From positions 398,199-462,198 of the forward strand of contig CP070993.1 of assembly GCA_017134395.1 (NCBI GenBank): a stretch of 64,000 bases of DNA. The letters run 5' to 3'. The notes beneath the pieces were generated by a model. That model saw only the letters and a program-made list of their open reading frames with translations, made no database searches and had not been told where the DNA came from. Within the stretch, counting starts at the first letter, position 1. Every line of letters starts with the position of its first letter. Origin of the DNA: Candidatus Kaiserbacteria bacterium. GTDB taxonomy: Bacteria > Patescibacteriota > Minisyncoccia > Phycocordibacterales > UBA2100. Shown one piece after another: positions 31,210 through 41,631 of this stretch. The position numbers and the translations under genes were made by a program.

Positions 31210-32541
31210 TTACGTGGTGACAAACGAAGTAAGCTCAGTAAGGGCGATACGCTTTTGTTCTCCAGTATCACGATCTCGCACAGTGACCGTATTGTCTCCA
31301 AGAGTATCGAAGTCTACAGTTACACAATACGGCGTACCAATTTCATCTTGACGGCGATAGCGCTTCCCTACATTCCCATTATCATCAAACATTACCTGAG
31401 GTATTGTCTCTTTCAGTTCTGAATAAATTTCACGTGCCTTTTCTACAAGTTCAGGACGATTCTTCATAAGTGGGAATACTGCAACCTTCACTGGTGCTAA
31501 TTCCGGTTTCAATTTCAAAAACACACGAGTTTCGCCGTTCATTTCGTCTTCTGTGTATGCGTCTGAAAGAACTGCCATTAACAATCTCTCGACACCAAAT
31601 GATGGCTCAATAACATGTGGTATAAACGGAGTACCCTCAACTGGTGTGTAGACCATCTTTTCACCACTTCCTTCCATATGACTCTTGAGATCATGGTCTG
31701 TTCGATATGCTAACCCAAGCAATTCATCAAAGCCTTTGCCTGGATAATTGTATTCGAAATCGATTGTACGCTTTGAGTAATGCGCAAGATCGCTACCTTC
31801 TACTTCAACTTCTCTTAGGTTATCACTCGAAAGTCCTAAATTACCCAAGAAGTCACGGATAGTTTCTTGCCACTTCTCAAATTCGGCTTGCCATGAATTC
31901 TCTTCAACGAAATATTCGATTTCCATCTGTTCGAATTCGCGTGTACGAAAAACAAAATCTCGTGGTGCTATCTCGTTACGAAACGCCTTACCTATTTGAG
32001 CAATACCAAACGGCAGTTTAGGACGCATAGTATCTATAACGTTCTTGAAGTTTACAAAAATACCTTGAGCAGTTTCCGGCCGAAGATAGCTTTTCATATC
32101 CCCTTGGGCACCAACTTTAGTTTCGAACATGAGGTTAAAATCTCTTTTTTCGCCAAGTGCCCCCTTACACTCTGGGCATACACTCGTGTTCTCAAGATGA
32201 TCTACACGAAAACGTCTTTTGCATTTCTCGCATTCTACTAGTGGATCAGTGAACCCCGCTCCAGTATGTCCACTTACTTCCCACACTTTCTCATTCATTA
32301 AAATAGACGCATCAAGACCATGCATATCGTCTCGCTTTTCGACAAATGTATCCCACCACAATTTCTTTATATTATTCTTCAGGGTAACTCCTAATGGACC
32401 ATAGTCGTATGTACCGGCTAACCCTCCATAAATATCAGACCCTTGAAAAATAAACCCTCGCCGCTTTGCCAGACTCACTATTTTTTCCATTGTTGTATTT
32501 TCTGCTTTTTCCATGAGGAAACTATACACGCTACCGTACAA
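31210..32541 (-). CDS. glyQS: Glycyl-tRNA synthetase, class II alpha2 type
   Basis: Class II motifs (FRNEIAPRDFVFRTREFEQMEIEYF; GIAQIGKAFRNE), a Zn-knuckle-like CEKCKRRFRVDHLENTSVCPECKG, and an anticodon-binding C-terminus. Confidence 0.9.
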   Translation of the reverse strand: MYGSVYSFLMEKAENTTMEKIVSLAKRRGFIFQGSDIYGGLAGTYDYGPLGVTLKNNIKKLWWDTFVEKRDDMHGLDASILMNEKVWEVSGHTGAGFTDPLVECEKCKRRFRVDHLENTSVCPECKGALGEKRDFNLMFETKVGAQGDMKSYLRPETAQGIFVNFKNVIDTMRPKLPFGIAQIGKAFRNEIAPRDFVFRTREFEQMEIEYFVEENSWQAEFEKWQETIRDFLGNLGLSSDNLREVEVEGSDLAHYSKRTIDFEYNYPGKGFDELLGLAYRTDHDLKSHMEGSGEKMVYTPVEGTPFIPHVIEPSFGVERLLMAVLSDAYTEDEMNGETRVFLKLKPELAPVKVAVFPLMKNRPELVEKAREIYSELKETIPQVMFDDNGNVGKRYRRQDEIGTPYCVTVDFDTLGDNTVTVRDRDTGEQKRIALTELTSFVTT

Positions 32542-34510
32542 TCACACCATACGTGTCGGTGAAATCGACTTCGTCCAAATTCGTTGTTAATTCTGGTATT
32601 TCAATATTGATAAGAGCATCAGTGAAGTCGTCTACGCCAGTGAATTTTTGGTTCTCAACAATGGGTGGCACCTCACCGACTTGGCTTGTACTTGGTACTA
32701 ATCCGATTGAGAATACAATTCTCCGTGGCGGCTGCCCCCTGAAGCCAGTGTTGGCAAACAATTTTCCGACATTCCAAGTGACAACTCCGTTATTTTCATT
32801 AAAGGTAACGTACTCTGCTGAAGGGCTCACCGTTCCAAGCCACCGTACATATGGCGGTAGCGTTGCAGTCATCTTTGCATCTTTTACAAGATTTGATGTG
32901 TTCTCTATCTCCCACAAAATTCCGTATGTCGTTTCGTTTTCTACCTTTGGCGGCAGTGGGCCTACACTTCCTAATGGGTTTTCAAAATAGAGTGCACGGC
33001 CTGTGATGCTCGTGTCTGTTTTGACTTTAACACTTTCACTGACTGTTGATTGAATTGTTTCTGGCACTGAACCTTCGGAAAGCCTCTGTCCTGCAGCGTG
33101 AAGTTCGATTTTTATAGTCGGATTCTCTGTTCCTATTAAATTCTGTATTGTTTTAGGAGATAGTCGTATTACAAAGCTTCCACTTGCACCAGCTGGTACT
33201 TGCTCAAGCACGCCACCTGTTGTTGTCTTGTCCCACAGCACGACTGAATCGATTGATCGGAAAAAGCCACGTTCAGCAGAAATGTTAAATGGATCCAAAC
33301 CATCGCCGCTCAGTGTTGCTGCAATCACAACATCAGAAAGCGAAATAGCTAAATTGTTCGTCCACGTAAGTCGTATTGGAAATATCTCCCCTGCTGTCGC
33401 CACATATTCTTCGGCGGGTAGGTCGTTATAATCAAGTGTCATCCCAAGAAATGGTCGAGTCACATTAACTTCTTGTTCAAAATCTGCAAGCACAACATCA
33501 ACTTTTTTTGAAGCCCTATCGCTGCGGGTTCCCGCTACAAATTTAAATACTCGCGCGTCACCTGTTTGCCCATCTAATACGCCGAGAATACGCACCGTCT
33601 TTGTCTCACCAGGCTCCATACTCCCCAACTGCCACAAGTCACCAGAACCTCTTTCAGGAGATGTTGCAGTCTCTGAAAATCCAAACGGATATGATGCACT
33701 CATAACCACATCGTCCACAACTGTTTTGGCGCGAGACGTTACCGTAGCGGTCATGTCTACCGCCTGCCCTGCTACTGCTTGCGAATTTGCATCAAGAGAG
33801 ATTTCCAATGTACCAGAAGATACCAGGACCGAATGCTTTGAGTCTGCAACAAAGAGTGCACTTGAACCGCTGAGTCGGTATTCAACTGATACAGTAATAT
33901 CCTGATGTTCCCCGGTACGTCCGAATAAAATACCGCGAACTGTCCCGTTTCGAGTACCTCCTGACTCAATGGTTCCGAGAGGAATTCTTTGTGTTTCCAT
34001 TAGAACACTCGGGTCAGATGGCAATCGAGTTCCTGATGGGTATTCCACTATAAGATCAGCAAGTTCAAGAGTTGCACTGTTGTTATTTTGCACCGCTATT
34101 TGTAGCTCAACAACTTCCCCACCTTCAATTGTTCGTGGGCCATTTATGTCTATTTGTATCTTCTGAGCAGTTATTGTGTTCGAGCCAGATGCTAAAAAGA
34201 ACACAGCAATACCCCCAGCTATAACGGTAAAAATAATCGCTGCAACCAACAAAAGGACTGACGGTGAATACATACTAAGCACTGATGTTTTTCTTTTTGT
34301 GACAAGAGGCGCCTGTGGCGGTACGTTCGCTTTTGCTGGCTCAATCCAATCGTCAGCTATCTTACGTTCAACATCACTAAGACGACGACGTGGGCGCTTT
34401 CCCGGTTGCGTTTTTCTTGAGTACATTTGATCTTTCAAACGTCCCAGTCTTCCAGGATCACTAAACTCAGGCGAAGAATCGCCTGGCTTTTCTATTCCGT
34501 CAGTATTCAT
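32531..34510 (-). CDS. Hypothetical single-pass membrane protein with an Arg/Lys-rich cytoplasmic N-terminus and a large beta-rich extracellular domain
   Basis: 659 aa with a TM helix near residue 85-107; overlaps the glyS start by 11 nt; no recognisable domain. Confidence 0.5.
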   Translation of the reverse strand: MNTDGIEKPGDSSPEFSDPGRLGRLKDQMYSRKTQPGKRPRRRLSDVERKIADDWIEPAKANVPPQAPLVTKRKTSVLSMYSPSVLLLVAAIIFTVIAGGIAVFFLASGSNTITAQKIQIDINGPRTIEGGEVVELQIAVQNNNSATLELADLIVEYPSGTRLPSDPSVLMETQRIPLGTIESGGTRNGTVRGILFGRTGEHQDITVSVEYRLSGSSALFVADSKHSVLVSSGTLEISLDANSQAVAGQAVDMTATVTSRAKTVVDDVVMSASYPFGFSETATSPERGSGDLWQLGSMEPGETKTVRILGVLDGQTGDARVFKFVAGTRSDRASKKVDVVLADFEQEVNVTRPFLGMTLDYNDLPAEEYVATAGEIFPIRLTWTNNLAISLSDVVIAATLSGDGLDPFNISAERGFFRSIDSVVLWDKTTTGGVLEQVPAGASGSFVIRLSPKTIQNLIGTENPTIKIELHAAGQRLSEGSVPETIQSTVSESVKVKTDTSITGRALYFENPLGSVGPLPPKVENETTYGILWEIENTSNLVKDAKMTATLPPYVRWLGTVSPSAEYVTFNENNGVVTWNVGKLFANTGFRGQPPRRIVFSIGLVPSTSQVGEVPPIVENQKFTGVDDFTDALINIEIPELTTNLDEVDFTDTYGVIVR

Positions 34511-34567
34511 TGCTAAAGTATAGCAAACTACCTACATGATGGTTCATAGCTGCCAGTTGATAGCTTC

Positions 34568-35140
34568 CTACAACTGACTTTCAGAAAGACCTGAATTGAT
34601 GTCATCCACCATTTTATTTTCGATAATAGAAGCCTTCGTGATAGTCTCGTCACTAAAATCGTCGGTGTCGATGATTCCTTTGTACTCTGAAGTACGTGAT
34701 AAGTATCCAAGCTGATACAGTACCCGAGCAACAGCAAGTATTTCGACCATCTTCCCATTTGTCTCATCAATAAGTAATGTGTCGTATGCTTTTTTAACTA
34801 TGGTGAACACCTCTTTATTTTCTTCATCTGTCGGCATAACGCGCCGAACCAATGTTGCAATACGCCCAAAAATCTCAATTGCAGAAGGTGGTAGTTTCTC
34901 TTTGTGGTTATTTTCAGCACCAGTAAGACGCCAGAGTCCGCGACCACGAACAAGTGATGTGCGCGTATATGAAAGATCACCTAATGAGTACCGCAGTTTA
35001 GATGTTTCTTCTCTCACGCTTCTGGCACTGGCAAAAACCAACCCTAAATCTTCGGTTAGTAACCAAAATAACTTATCAGCGTCTTGTACATTCGCGCTAC
35101 TTAAAACAAAAGCACTGGTTGTGTGAACGTCGTGTGCCAT
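34568..35140 (-). CDS. recO: RecO-like recombination mediator (short form without a zinc finger)
   Basis: The N-terminal OB-fold-like FVLSSANVQDADKLFWLLTEDLGLVFASARSVRE resembles the RecO N-terminus. The protein is shorter (190 aa) than canonical RecO. Confidence 0.45.
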   Translation of the reverse strand: MAHDVHTTSAFVLSSANVQDADKLFWLLTEDLGLVFASARSVREETSKLRYSLGDLSYTRTSLVRGRGLWRLTGAENNHKEKLPPSAIEIFGRIATLVRRVMPTDEENKEVFTIVKKAYDTLLIDETNGKMVEILAVARVLYQLGYLSRTSEYKGIIDTDDFSDETITKASIIENKMVDDINSGLSESQL

Positions 35141-35144
35141 GAAA

Positions 35145-38018
35145 TTAGCTCTTCTCTACTTCTACCAAAGTTTCTTCTTGTGTTACGCTAGCAGAAACTA
35201 CCGTGTTCGTTTGAGATTCAATCTCTTCCTTATATTCAGTAACTGCTGCAATGAGCTCGGCTGGTCCGGATATTGTAACGATACCCTTATCATTTAATTC
35301 AAAACTTTGTTGTTTACGTGCTCCTTGAATTTCCCGAATCAATTCGCGGATATCTCCCTCTTTCTGTAGCTGCTTAGTTATAACCGTATCAAGCTCAACA
35401 GCTTCCTTTATTGATGTATCCACTGTTGCCACTTTCACGTTTACTTCATCTTTAATGAGCTCGAGATAATCTGGTGCGAGTTCATCTTTTATAGTCAATG
35501 CTGTAAGTGGTTGTCGAATCTTAATTTTAGCCTCTGCGCGTTTCTCTAGTGCAATAGAAACGGTTTCTCGCGCGCGACTCATTGACTCAAGTACAGCTTC
35601 TTGCGGTTCTTTTACCTGACACCAGTGTGCAAGATGCACACTTTCTGGGTCACCTGCCTGCGCAGGCAGGTCTTCTCGTTTTGTGTGTTGCCAAAGCCAG
35701 TCTGCAATAAATGGTGTAAACGGTGCACTTATTTTTGCGTATTTACGCAACACCCAACGAATTGTTGAAAGAGCCGCCTGCATATCTTGTGTATCATCGC
35801 TCTTGAGTCTATCTCTGGAACGTCGTATGTACCACGTAGATAGATCGTCTACAAAATCACCAAGTGGACGTGTTGCCCTATCAAGTTCGTACGCATCCAT
35901 TGATTTGGTCACTTGAGCATGTAGCTCATGAGCGCGAGCAACAATCCACTGATCCAAAATATGTGTACTATCGCTTTTCGGGTCATGCTCAATGCTGTCT
36001 TTATATAATTCGTAGAATGAATAGACATTTGCAAGGCGCCCTATAACTTTTGAAGCAACTTGAGCAACTCCGTCTTCAGTAAACCTCATGTTTTCTGCCC
36101 TCACCCCTGTGCTAGAGAGTAGGAACAATCGCATAGCATCTGCACCGTATGCATCTATTACTTTTTTTGGGTCTGGATAATTTTGCAGTCGTTTGCTCAT
36201 TTTTTTACCATCTTCTGCGAGAACAATGCCGTTAACTACCACATTACTAAATACGTTTTTCCCAAACAGCGCAGTACCTAATACATGTTGGTAATAAAAC
36301 CACTTAGAAATTTGATCTTGACCTTCGGCAATGAAATCGGCAGGAATGCGTGCATTAACTACATCTTTGTTTTCGAATGGGTAATGATACGAAGCATAAG
36401 GTACTGAACCAGAGTTGAACCAAGTATCAAGCACATCTGGCACCCGCTTCATTACACCTGCGCACTCACATGGAACAGTTATTTCATCCACTACATCTTT
36501 ATGTAAATCTTCGACTGTTTTCCCGCTTTCTTTTTCAAGTTCCGCTGCTGAACCGAATACTTTATCCTTATTACATTTTTCACAGCGCCATACGGGAATT
36601 GTATTAGCCCAAAAACGCTGCCTAGAGATAGACCAGTCTCGCGCACCTTCTAACCATTGCCCCCAACGTCCGTCTTTAATATGTTCTGGTGACCAATTTA
36701 TGTTTTTTGCTTCCTCGAGTAGTTGGGGCTTTATTTTCTCAACAGCTACGAACCATGAGCTGGTTGCGTAGTTAATAAGTGGGGTGTCACAACGCCAACA
36801 GTGTGGATACGAGTGTTCGTATTTTTCTTTCGCAAACAGTAACTCTTTACCAGCAAGATATTTGATTACCTCTACATCGGTCGACTGATGGTCATCAATT
36901 GGCTTTACGCTGAGTCCTGCCAATTCAGTAACTTCAGGCGCAATGATACCGTCCATGCCTACATGTTTAAGCACAGGAAGATTTTCTTTTTGAGCAAGTT
37001 CGAGGTCATCGGCACCGAATGCTGGCGCAACATGTACAATTCCGGTACCGTCTTCTGTATTTACAAAATCTGTTGCATATACCTTCCATGCATTTTCTCT
37101 ATTTTTAAGAGTCCCATCGCTCACGTATGAACTAAAAGGTGGCTCATATTCCAATCCAACAAGTTCGCTCCCCTTCCATTCTTTGTAATGACTAGGATTG
37201 TCCTCGCCAACAATACTTTTCGTCATGATGTATTCACCTTCATGCTCTTCTGATTTCGCGTTGATATACGCTATATCATTGCCTACAGCAAGTGCGACAT
37301 TACCTGGTAATGTCCATGGCGTAGTAGTCCATGCCAACAGGTATACATCACCCGAGAGCCCTATTTTTTCTGGATTTTTTAGCTTAAATTTAGCCGTCAC
37401 TGCCAAATCTTTAATATCAGCATACCCTTCAGTAACTTCCGATTGTGCAAGTGTTGTCTCACACCTTGGGCAAATATGCATTGAGCGATAGTCTTCATAG
37501 ACCAACCCTTTTTCGTACAGTGTTTTAAAAGCCCACCACTCGCTTTCCATATAGCTTTTGTCCATGGTGCGATACGGATTCTCCATATCTGCCCACCGCC
37601 CAAAACGCGGGATGAATTCGTTCCAAGCTTCAGCGTATGTAAAAATCTTCTCACGACAAAGATTGTTGAATTTCACTATACCGAGTTCTTCAATCTCTTT
37701 TTTAGTAGTAGTACCAAGTTCTTTTTCAACAATGTTCTCAATCGGCAATCCATGACAGTCCCATCCCCATTGTCTTTTTACCCTAAACCCCTTCATAGTC
37801 CAATAGCGCGGCACCGCATCCTTCAAAGAGCTTCCAATGAGGTGTCCGTGATGAGGTGCTCCTGTTGCAAATGGGGGTCCGTCATAAAAAACGTAGTCGC
37901 CGTTTGGAGCTTCTTTCTCTACTGATTTATTGAAAATGTCGTTCGCATTCCAGAACTCCAACGTTTCTTCTTCGCGCAGGGCGACATCACTTTTTTTTCT
38001 ATCTGAGTTATCGGACAT
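35145..38018 (-). CDS. ileS: Isoleucyl-tRNA synthetase
   Basis: PPFATGAPHHGHL (HIGH), GWDCHGLPIE, and KMSKRL (KMSKS) motifs. The start was trimmed to MSDNSDRKK... Confidence 0.9.
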   Translation of the reverse strand: MSDNSDRKKSDVALREEETLEFWNANDIFNKSVEKEAPNGDYVFYDGPPFATGAPHHGHLIGSSLKDAVPRYWTMKGFRVKRQWGWDCHGLPIENIVEKELGTTTKKEIEELGIVKFNNLCREKIFTYAEAWNEFIPRFGRWADMENPYRTMDKSYMESEWWAFKTLYEKGLVYEDYRSMHICPRCETTLAQSEVTEGYADIKDLAVTAKFKLKNPEKIGLSGDVYLLAWTTTPWTLPGNVALAVGNDIAYINAKSEEHEGEYIMTKSIVGEDNPSHYKEWKGSELVGLEYEPPFSSYVSDGTLKNRENAWKVYATDFVNTEDGTGIVHVAPAFGADDLELAQKENLPVLKHVGMDGIIAPEVTELAGLSVKPIDDHQSTDVEVIKYLAGKELLFAKEKYEHSYPHCWRCDTPLINYATSSWFVAVEKIKPQLLEEAKNINWSPEHIKDGRWGQWLEGARDWSISRQRFWANTIPVWRCEKCNKDKVFGSAAELEKESGKTVEDLHKDVVDEITVPCECAGVMKRVPDVLDTWFNSGSVPYASYHYPFENKDVVNARIPADFIAEGQDQISKWFYYQHVLGTALFGKNVFSNVVVNGIVLAEDGKKMSKRLQNYPDPKKVIDAYGADAMRLFLLSSTGVRAENMRFTEDGVAQVASKVIGRLANVYSFYELYKDSIEHDPKSDSTHILDQWIVARAHELHAQVTKSMDAYELDRATRPLGDFVDDLSTWYIRRSRDRLKSDDTQDMQAALSTIRWVLRKYAKISAPFTPFIADWLWQHTKREDLPAQAGDPESVHLAHWCQVKEPQEAVLESMSRARETVSIALEKRAEAKIKIRQPLTALTIKDELAPDYLELIKDEVNVKVATVDTSIKEAVELDTVITKQLQKEGDIRELIREIQGARKQQSFELNDKGIVTISGPAELIAAVTEYKEEIESQTNTVVSASVTQEETLVEVEKS

Positions 38019-38072
38019 ACGAACTATCCTAGCAGAATATAGCTCTATAATACAACGTGGTACAGTGTTCGT

Positions 38073-38681
38073 ATGCCTAAAAAAGTCCTGACTCATTTCA
38101 AGAAACACGACTCTGTCCTCTACCAGGCAATACAGCAGTTTGAAGGTGAGCTTCGCGGTGGGCCGGAAATTAAGAAAGATTTATTCAGCAGTTTGTGTCG
38201 CACCATCGTCGGACAACAACTCTCAGGCAAGGCAGCGTACGCCATTTGGAATAAATTTCGGGTGCTTTTTCCACACAAGAAGCCAACAGCAGCATATATG
38301 CTTACATTAAACGAAGTGCAGCTACGTGAAAGCGGTATTTCTTTCGCAAAAATACGTTCCATTCAAGATTTGAGTGAGCGCGTATCGAGTCGCTCACTTC
38401 GCCTTAATACACTTCGCACGTTATCTGTTGACGATGCCAAGATAGCACTTCAAGAAGTTAAAGGTATTGGACCGTGGAGTAGTGAAATGTTTCTAATGTT
38501 TGCACTTGGACATGAAGATATCTTTTCTGTAGGTGACTTAGGACTGCGTAAAGGAATACAAAAAATATACGGCCACACCACTCTTCCATCGGTAGAAGAA
38601 ATGGAGGAGCTTGCACAAAACTGGAGCCCGTATCGCACCTACGCCGCCTGCGCCATTTGGAGCATTTTAGATAACCAATAA
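38073..38681 (+). CDS. HhH-GPD base-excision DNA glycosylase (AlkA / 3-methyladenine glycosylase II-like)
   Basis: LQEVKGIGPWSSEMFLMFALGHEDIFSVGDLGLRKG is the helix-hairpin-helix-GPD motif with a catalytic Asp. Confidence 0.8.
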   Translation: MPKKVLTHFKKHDSVLYQAIQQFEGELRGGPEIKKDLFSSLCRTIVGQQLSGKAAYAIWNKFRVLFPHKKPTAAYMLTLNEVQLRESGISFAKIRSIQDLSERVSSRSLRLNTLRTLSVDDAKIALQEVKGIGPWSSEMFLMFALGHEDIFSVGDLGLRKGIQKIYGHTTLPSVEEMEELAQNWSPYRTYAACAIWSILDNQ

Positions 38682-38719
38682 AAAACCGCCCGTGAATAGA
38701 CACAGGCGGAATTTCGCTG

Positions 38720-39034
38720 CTAAAGAGCAAGGAGCATAGGTTTCCTCTTTACCATAAATCCGCCATCATCAGGACGGACTGCCCGAAGCGCATCAGCTAT
38801 GGCATCAGGGATATCCGATTCGCTTTTCACTTCCCACTCCCACAGAACATCTTCGTCTTCAGGGTTTTTCTGAGAGCAGAGAAACACAAAGTCATCAGGA
38901 TTCTCTTTCAAACGCTTCCTCAGCAATCTTCTCAACCTAATCGGATCCCTATTAATCGGAGTTTTGTTCGTGGCTGCGCCAATTTCTTCAGCTTTCTCGG
39001 TAAAAAAATCTGAAGAATTTTCTGATTTTGGCAT
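38720..39034 (-). CDS. Hypothetical protein
   Basis: 104-aa ORF with no family recognised. Confidence 0.4.
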   Translation of the reverse strand: MPKSENSSDFFTEKAEEIGAATNKTPINRDPIRLRRLLRKRLKENPDDFVFLCSQKNPEDEDVLWEWEVKSESDIPDAIADALRAVRPDDGGFMVKRKPMLLAL

Positions 39035-39158
39035 TGAAGCCTCCTTTCATGGTTCACGGCCTAATGTGCCTCTAATGCGAAGTATACATATAACAAAGAG
39101 AAAGAGAAGCCGCCTAATCGAAATCAAGCGGCTTTAGGTTCGAATGGATGTCACTCAG

Positions 39159-39359
39159 TCAATCATCTTTGATTACGACACCATTGCCCATGACTGCTGC
39201 ATGCTTAAGAATTTTTTGTGTCTCATTAGAGATTTCTGAAGTATCCCTAATTTGAACACTCATTCCCGAGCCTGCTGCCTCAAGTTCAATAGGTAAGCCG
39301 TGCTCATCAATTGCACTTCTGAGTGTATCGTATGAACAAAAACACTCTTTCTGTAACAT
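39159..39359 (-). CDS. Hypothetical small protein
   Basis: 66-aa ORF followed by a hairpin near 39090-39125. Confidence 0.35.
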   Translation of the reverse strand: MLQKECFCSYDTLRSAIDEHGLPIELEAAGSGMSVQIRDTSEISNETQKILKHAAVMGNGVVIKDD

Positions 39360-39481
39360 GACCTTTCCTTCCTTCTTTCCAAATTAATGGAAACTATCTA
39401 ATAAGCGTACTCCTGCTGTCTACAGGTTACCACCAACTTTATCCCCAGATTATATGTAGATGCCCACAGGTTATCTACAGT

Positions 39482-39841
39482 CTAATCAACAGGGTTCTCT
39501 ATCTTTCCAGATGGCATCTTCTTAGTCAGCGCATTAGCTGTAATAATATGTACTCGCTTTTCTCCACTAGCGATTGTAAGTGCTTGATTCACAAACTCCT
39601 CAAGTTCATCCGAGTTTTCTGCCACGTATTGCGGCGCACCTGATGACTCACCAAGCCACGGAATAATGGTCACGGGATACTCCGTACCTCGTTTTTCAAC
39701 TAAACGCCTAGCTTCTTGTGAGCTTGTTGCAGTAAAGTTCTTACTACTTTCTAGTGCTTCGTTTTTGAAATTTGTTTCAAGATTCTTCATATTATTTTTT
39801 ATATTCTCTCCGGTCTGCACAAGGGCGATCCTTGTGCACAA
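39482..39841 (-). CDS. Hypothetical protein
   Basis: 119-aa ORF with no family recognised; lies 4 nt downstream of argS. Confidence 0.4.
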   Translation of the reverse strand: MCTRIALVQTGENIKNNMKNLETNFKNEALESSKNFTATSSQEARRLVEKRGTEYPVTIIPWLGESSGAPQYVAENSDELEEFVNQALTIASGEKRVHIITANALTKKMPSGKIENPVD

Positions 39842-39845
39842 TTGA

Positions 39846-41585
39846 TTACATTCTTTCTAACGCTTGTATACCAAGCAACCAAAGACCTTTTTTTAATGCC
39901 GTTCCTACAGCCTTTGTGAGAGCTAGCTTGTACCCTTGTGAATCACTGCCATCGAGCACCTGCTCAGCTGCATACCAACTATTGTACACACTTGCCAATT
40001 CAGACAGGTAATTTGCAACATAGTGTGGTTCGTATTCGTGCGCAGCACGCTTTGCGGCTTGAGGAAAACGATACAATAAACGTTCTAGCTCAGTGGTTTC
40101 AAAAGAACTTCTTGCTGCAAGAGCATTATTTTCAATATCCCGTTCTTTTGCCTTACTTAAAATAGATTGAGTTCGTGCGTATGTATATTGGAGATACGGA
40201 CCAGTATCTCCTTCAAGGGAGAGTGATTTTTTGGGATCAAACATAATGTCTTTCCCTGCTGTGTTTTTCAGAATTGCATATTTTATAGCAGCCACAGCTA
40301 TCCGTTCCGGAATCTTTTTCTCGTCATCACCCCATCGCTTTTTTCGCATTTCTTCTATAGCTTCCTTGCTTATATCACCTGCATCTGTTGTTAAATATTT
40401 TTGTATTACGTCATTTCTTAAATCTTGGATAAAACTCATAGCAGAAATAACATCACCCGTACGTGATGACATCTTTCCTTCAGTAAGTTTCAACATTCCA
40501 TTTGATACCAGCTTAATTTTGCCAGCCACTTCAGGCATCAATAACTCAGCAGCTTTTGTAACCACTTTAAAATACGAAGTTTGTTCTGTGCCTGTAACGG
40601 TAATTGCCGTATCAAAAGGCCACCATTCTTTTTTAGCAACGATGAGCCCTATGTCTTTTGCCTCATACGTTGGTAACCCTTCTTTGTTTATAAATACTCG
40701 GGTATGCAAATCATATTTCTCTCCCTTAAACACCACGGCTCCTTCACTCTCTTCAAAAACTGAGCCAATATGTGCTTCCACTATTTCTTGCCCAATAGGT
40801 CCGGTAACACTCTCAAAAAAGTAATGATCAAAATCACTACCTAAAATGTCGTACACTTCCTCAAAATAAACAATTGACGCAACCTTTCCAGAATCGTACA
40901 GAGCATTTATTGCATCATCGTCTCTTTGGTAGATAGTCTTATTTAACCTTTTTATTTCTTCAGCTACGCCTTCTTCTTCGTACGCAGTAGCTCCTGTTGC
41001 ATACGCCTTTCCCAAATCAGAAGCCAAAATGGTATCGCCTGCTTTAAAACCATTCTTCTGCAAACCCCAAATAGCCTTCGCAACATGCATACCGACATCT
41101 CCTTGAAAAGTAACTCGTCGTACTTCTGCTCCTGACCATTCACACAGACGCGATAGAGATTCACCAAGCGCGTTTGGCACTAAGTGCCCAATGTGTAGCT
41201 CTTTAAACGGATTAGGATCAGTGTACTCAACCATTATTTTCTTTCCTGCCAGCGTTTCATTTCTCCCCCACTCTTCGCCTTGATCAAGAATAGCATTGGT
41301 TGTATCAATAAAGAATTCGTCAGTAAGATAGAAATTGATAAATCCTGGACCAGCAATCTCTACTTTTTTAATATATTTGTGCGGCTTTATATTCCCTACT
41401 ATTTCTTCAGCCAATTCTTGCGAATTCTTTCCCATCTGCTTTGCAAGAAGCATTGCAACATTACATGAAAAATCTCCATGCGAGAGATCGTTTGGATGTT
41501 CAAGAACTACCTCACCCTCTAAAGTAAGTGTTTTCAGCGCCGTGCTAACGAGTTCATTGATTATTCCTTCAATCGTTGTATCCAT
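39846..41585 (-). CDS. argS: Arginyl-tRNA synthetase
   Basis: VEYTDPNPFKELHIGHL (HIGH), the N-terminal Arg_tRNA_synt_N pattern, and a DALR-type C-terminus. Confidence 0.9.
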   Translation of the reverse strand: MDTTIEGIINELVSTALKTLTLEGEVVLEHPNDLSHGDFSCNVAMLLAKQMGKNSQELAEEIVGNIKPHKYIKKVEIAGPGFINFYLTDEFFIDTTNAILDQGEEWGRNETLAGKKIMVEYTDPNPFKELHIGHLVPNALGESLSRLCEWSGAEVRRVTFQGDVGMHVAKAIWGLQKNGFKAGDTILASDLGKAYATGATAYEEEGVAEEIKRLNKTIYQRDDDAINALYDSGKVASIVYFEEVYDILGSDFDHYFFESVTGPIGQEIVEAHIGSVFEESEGAVVFKGEKYDLHTRVFINKEGLPTYEAKDIGLIVAKKEWWPFDTAITVTGTEQTSYFKVVTKAAELLMPEVAGKIKLVSNGMLKLTEGKMSSRTGDVISAMSFIQDLRNDVIQKYLTTDAGDISKEAIEEMRKKRWGDDEKKIPERIAVAAIKYAILKNTAGKDIMFDPKKSLSLEGDTGPYLQYTYARTQSILSKAKERDIENNALAARSSFETTELERLLYRFPQAAKRAAHEYEPHYVANYLSELASVYNSWYAAEQVLDGSDSQGYKLALTKAVGTALKKGLWLLGIQALERM

Positions 41586-41631
41586 CGCCGCATTGTAGCA
41601 GTTGTCACTAAAAAACGAAGACTTTTGCAGA

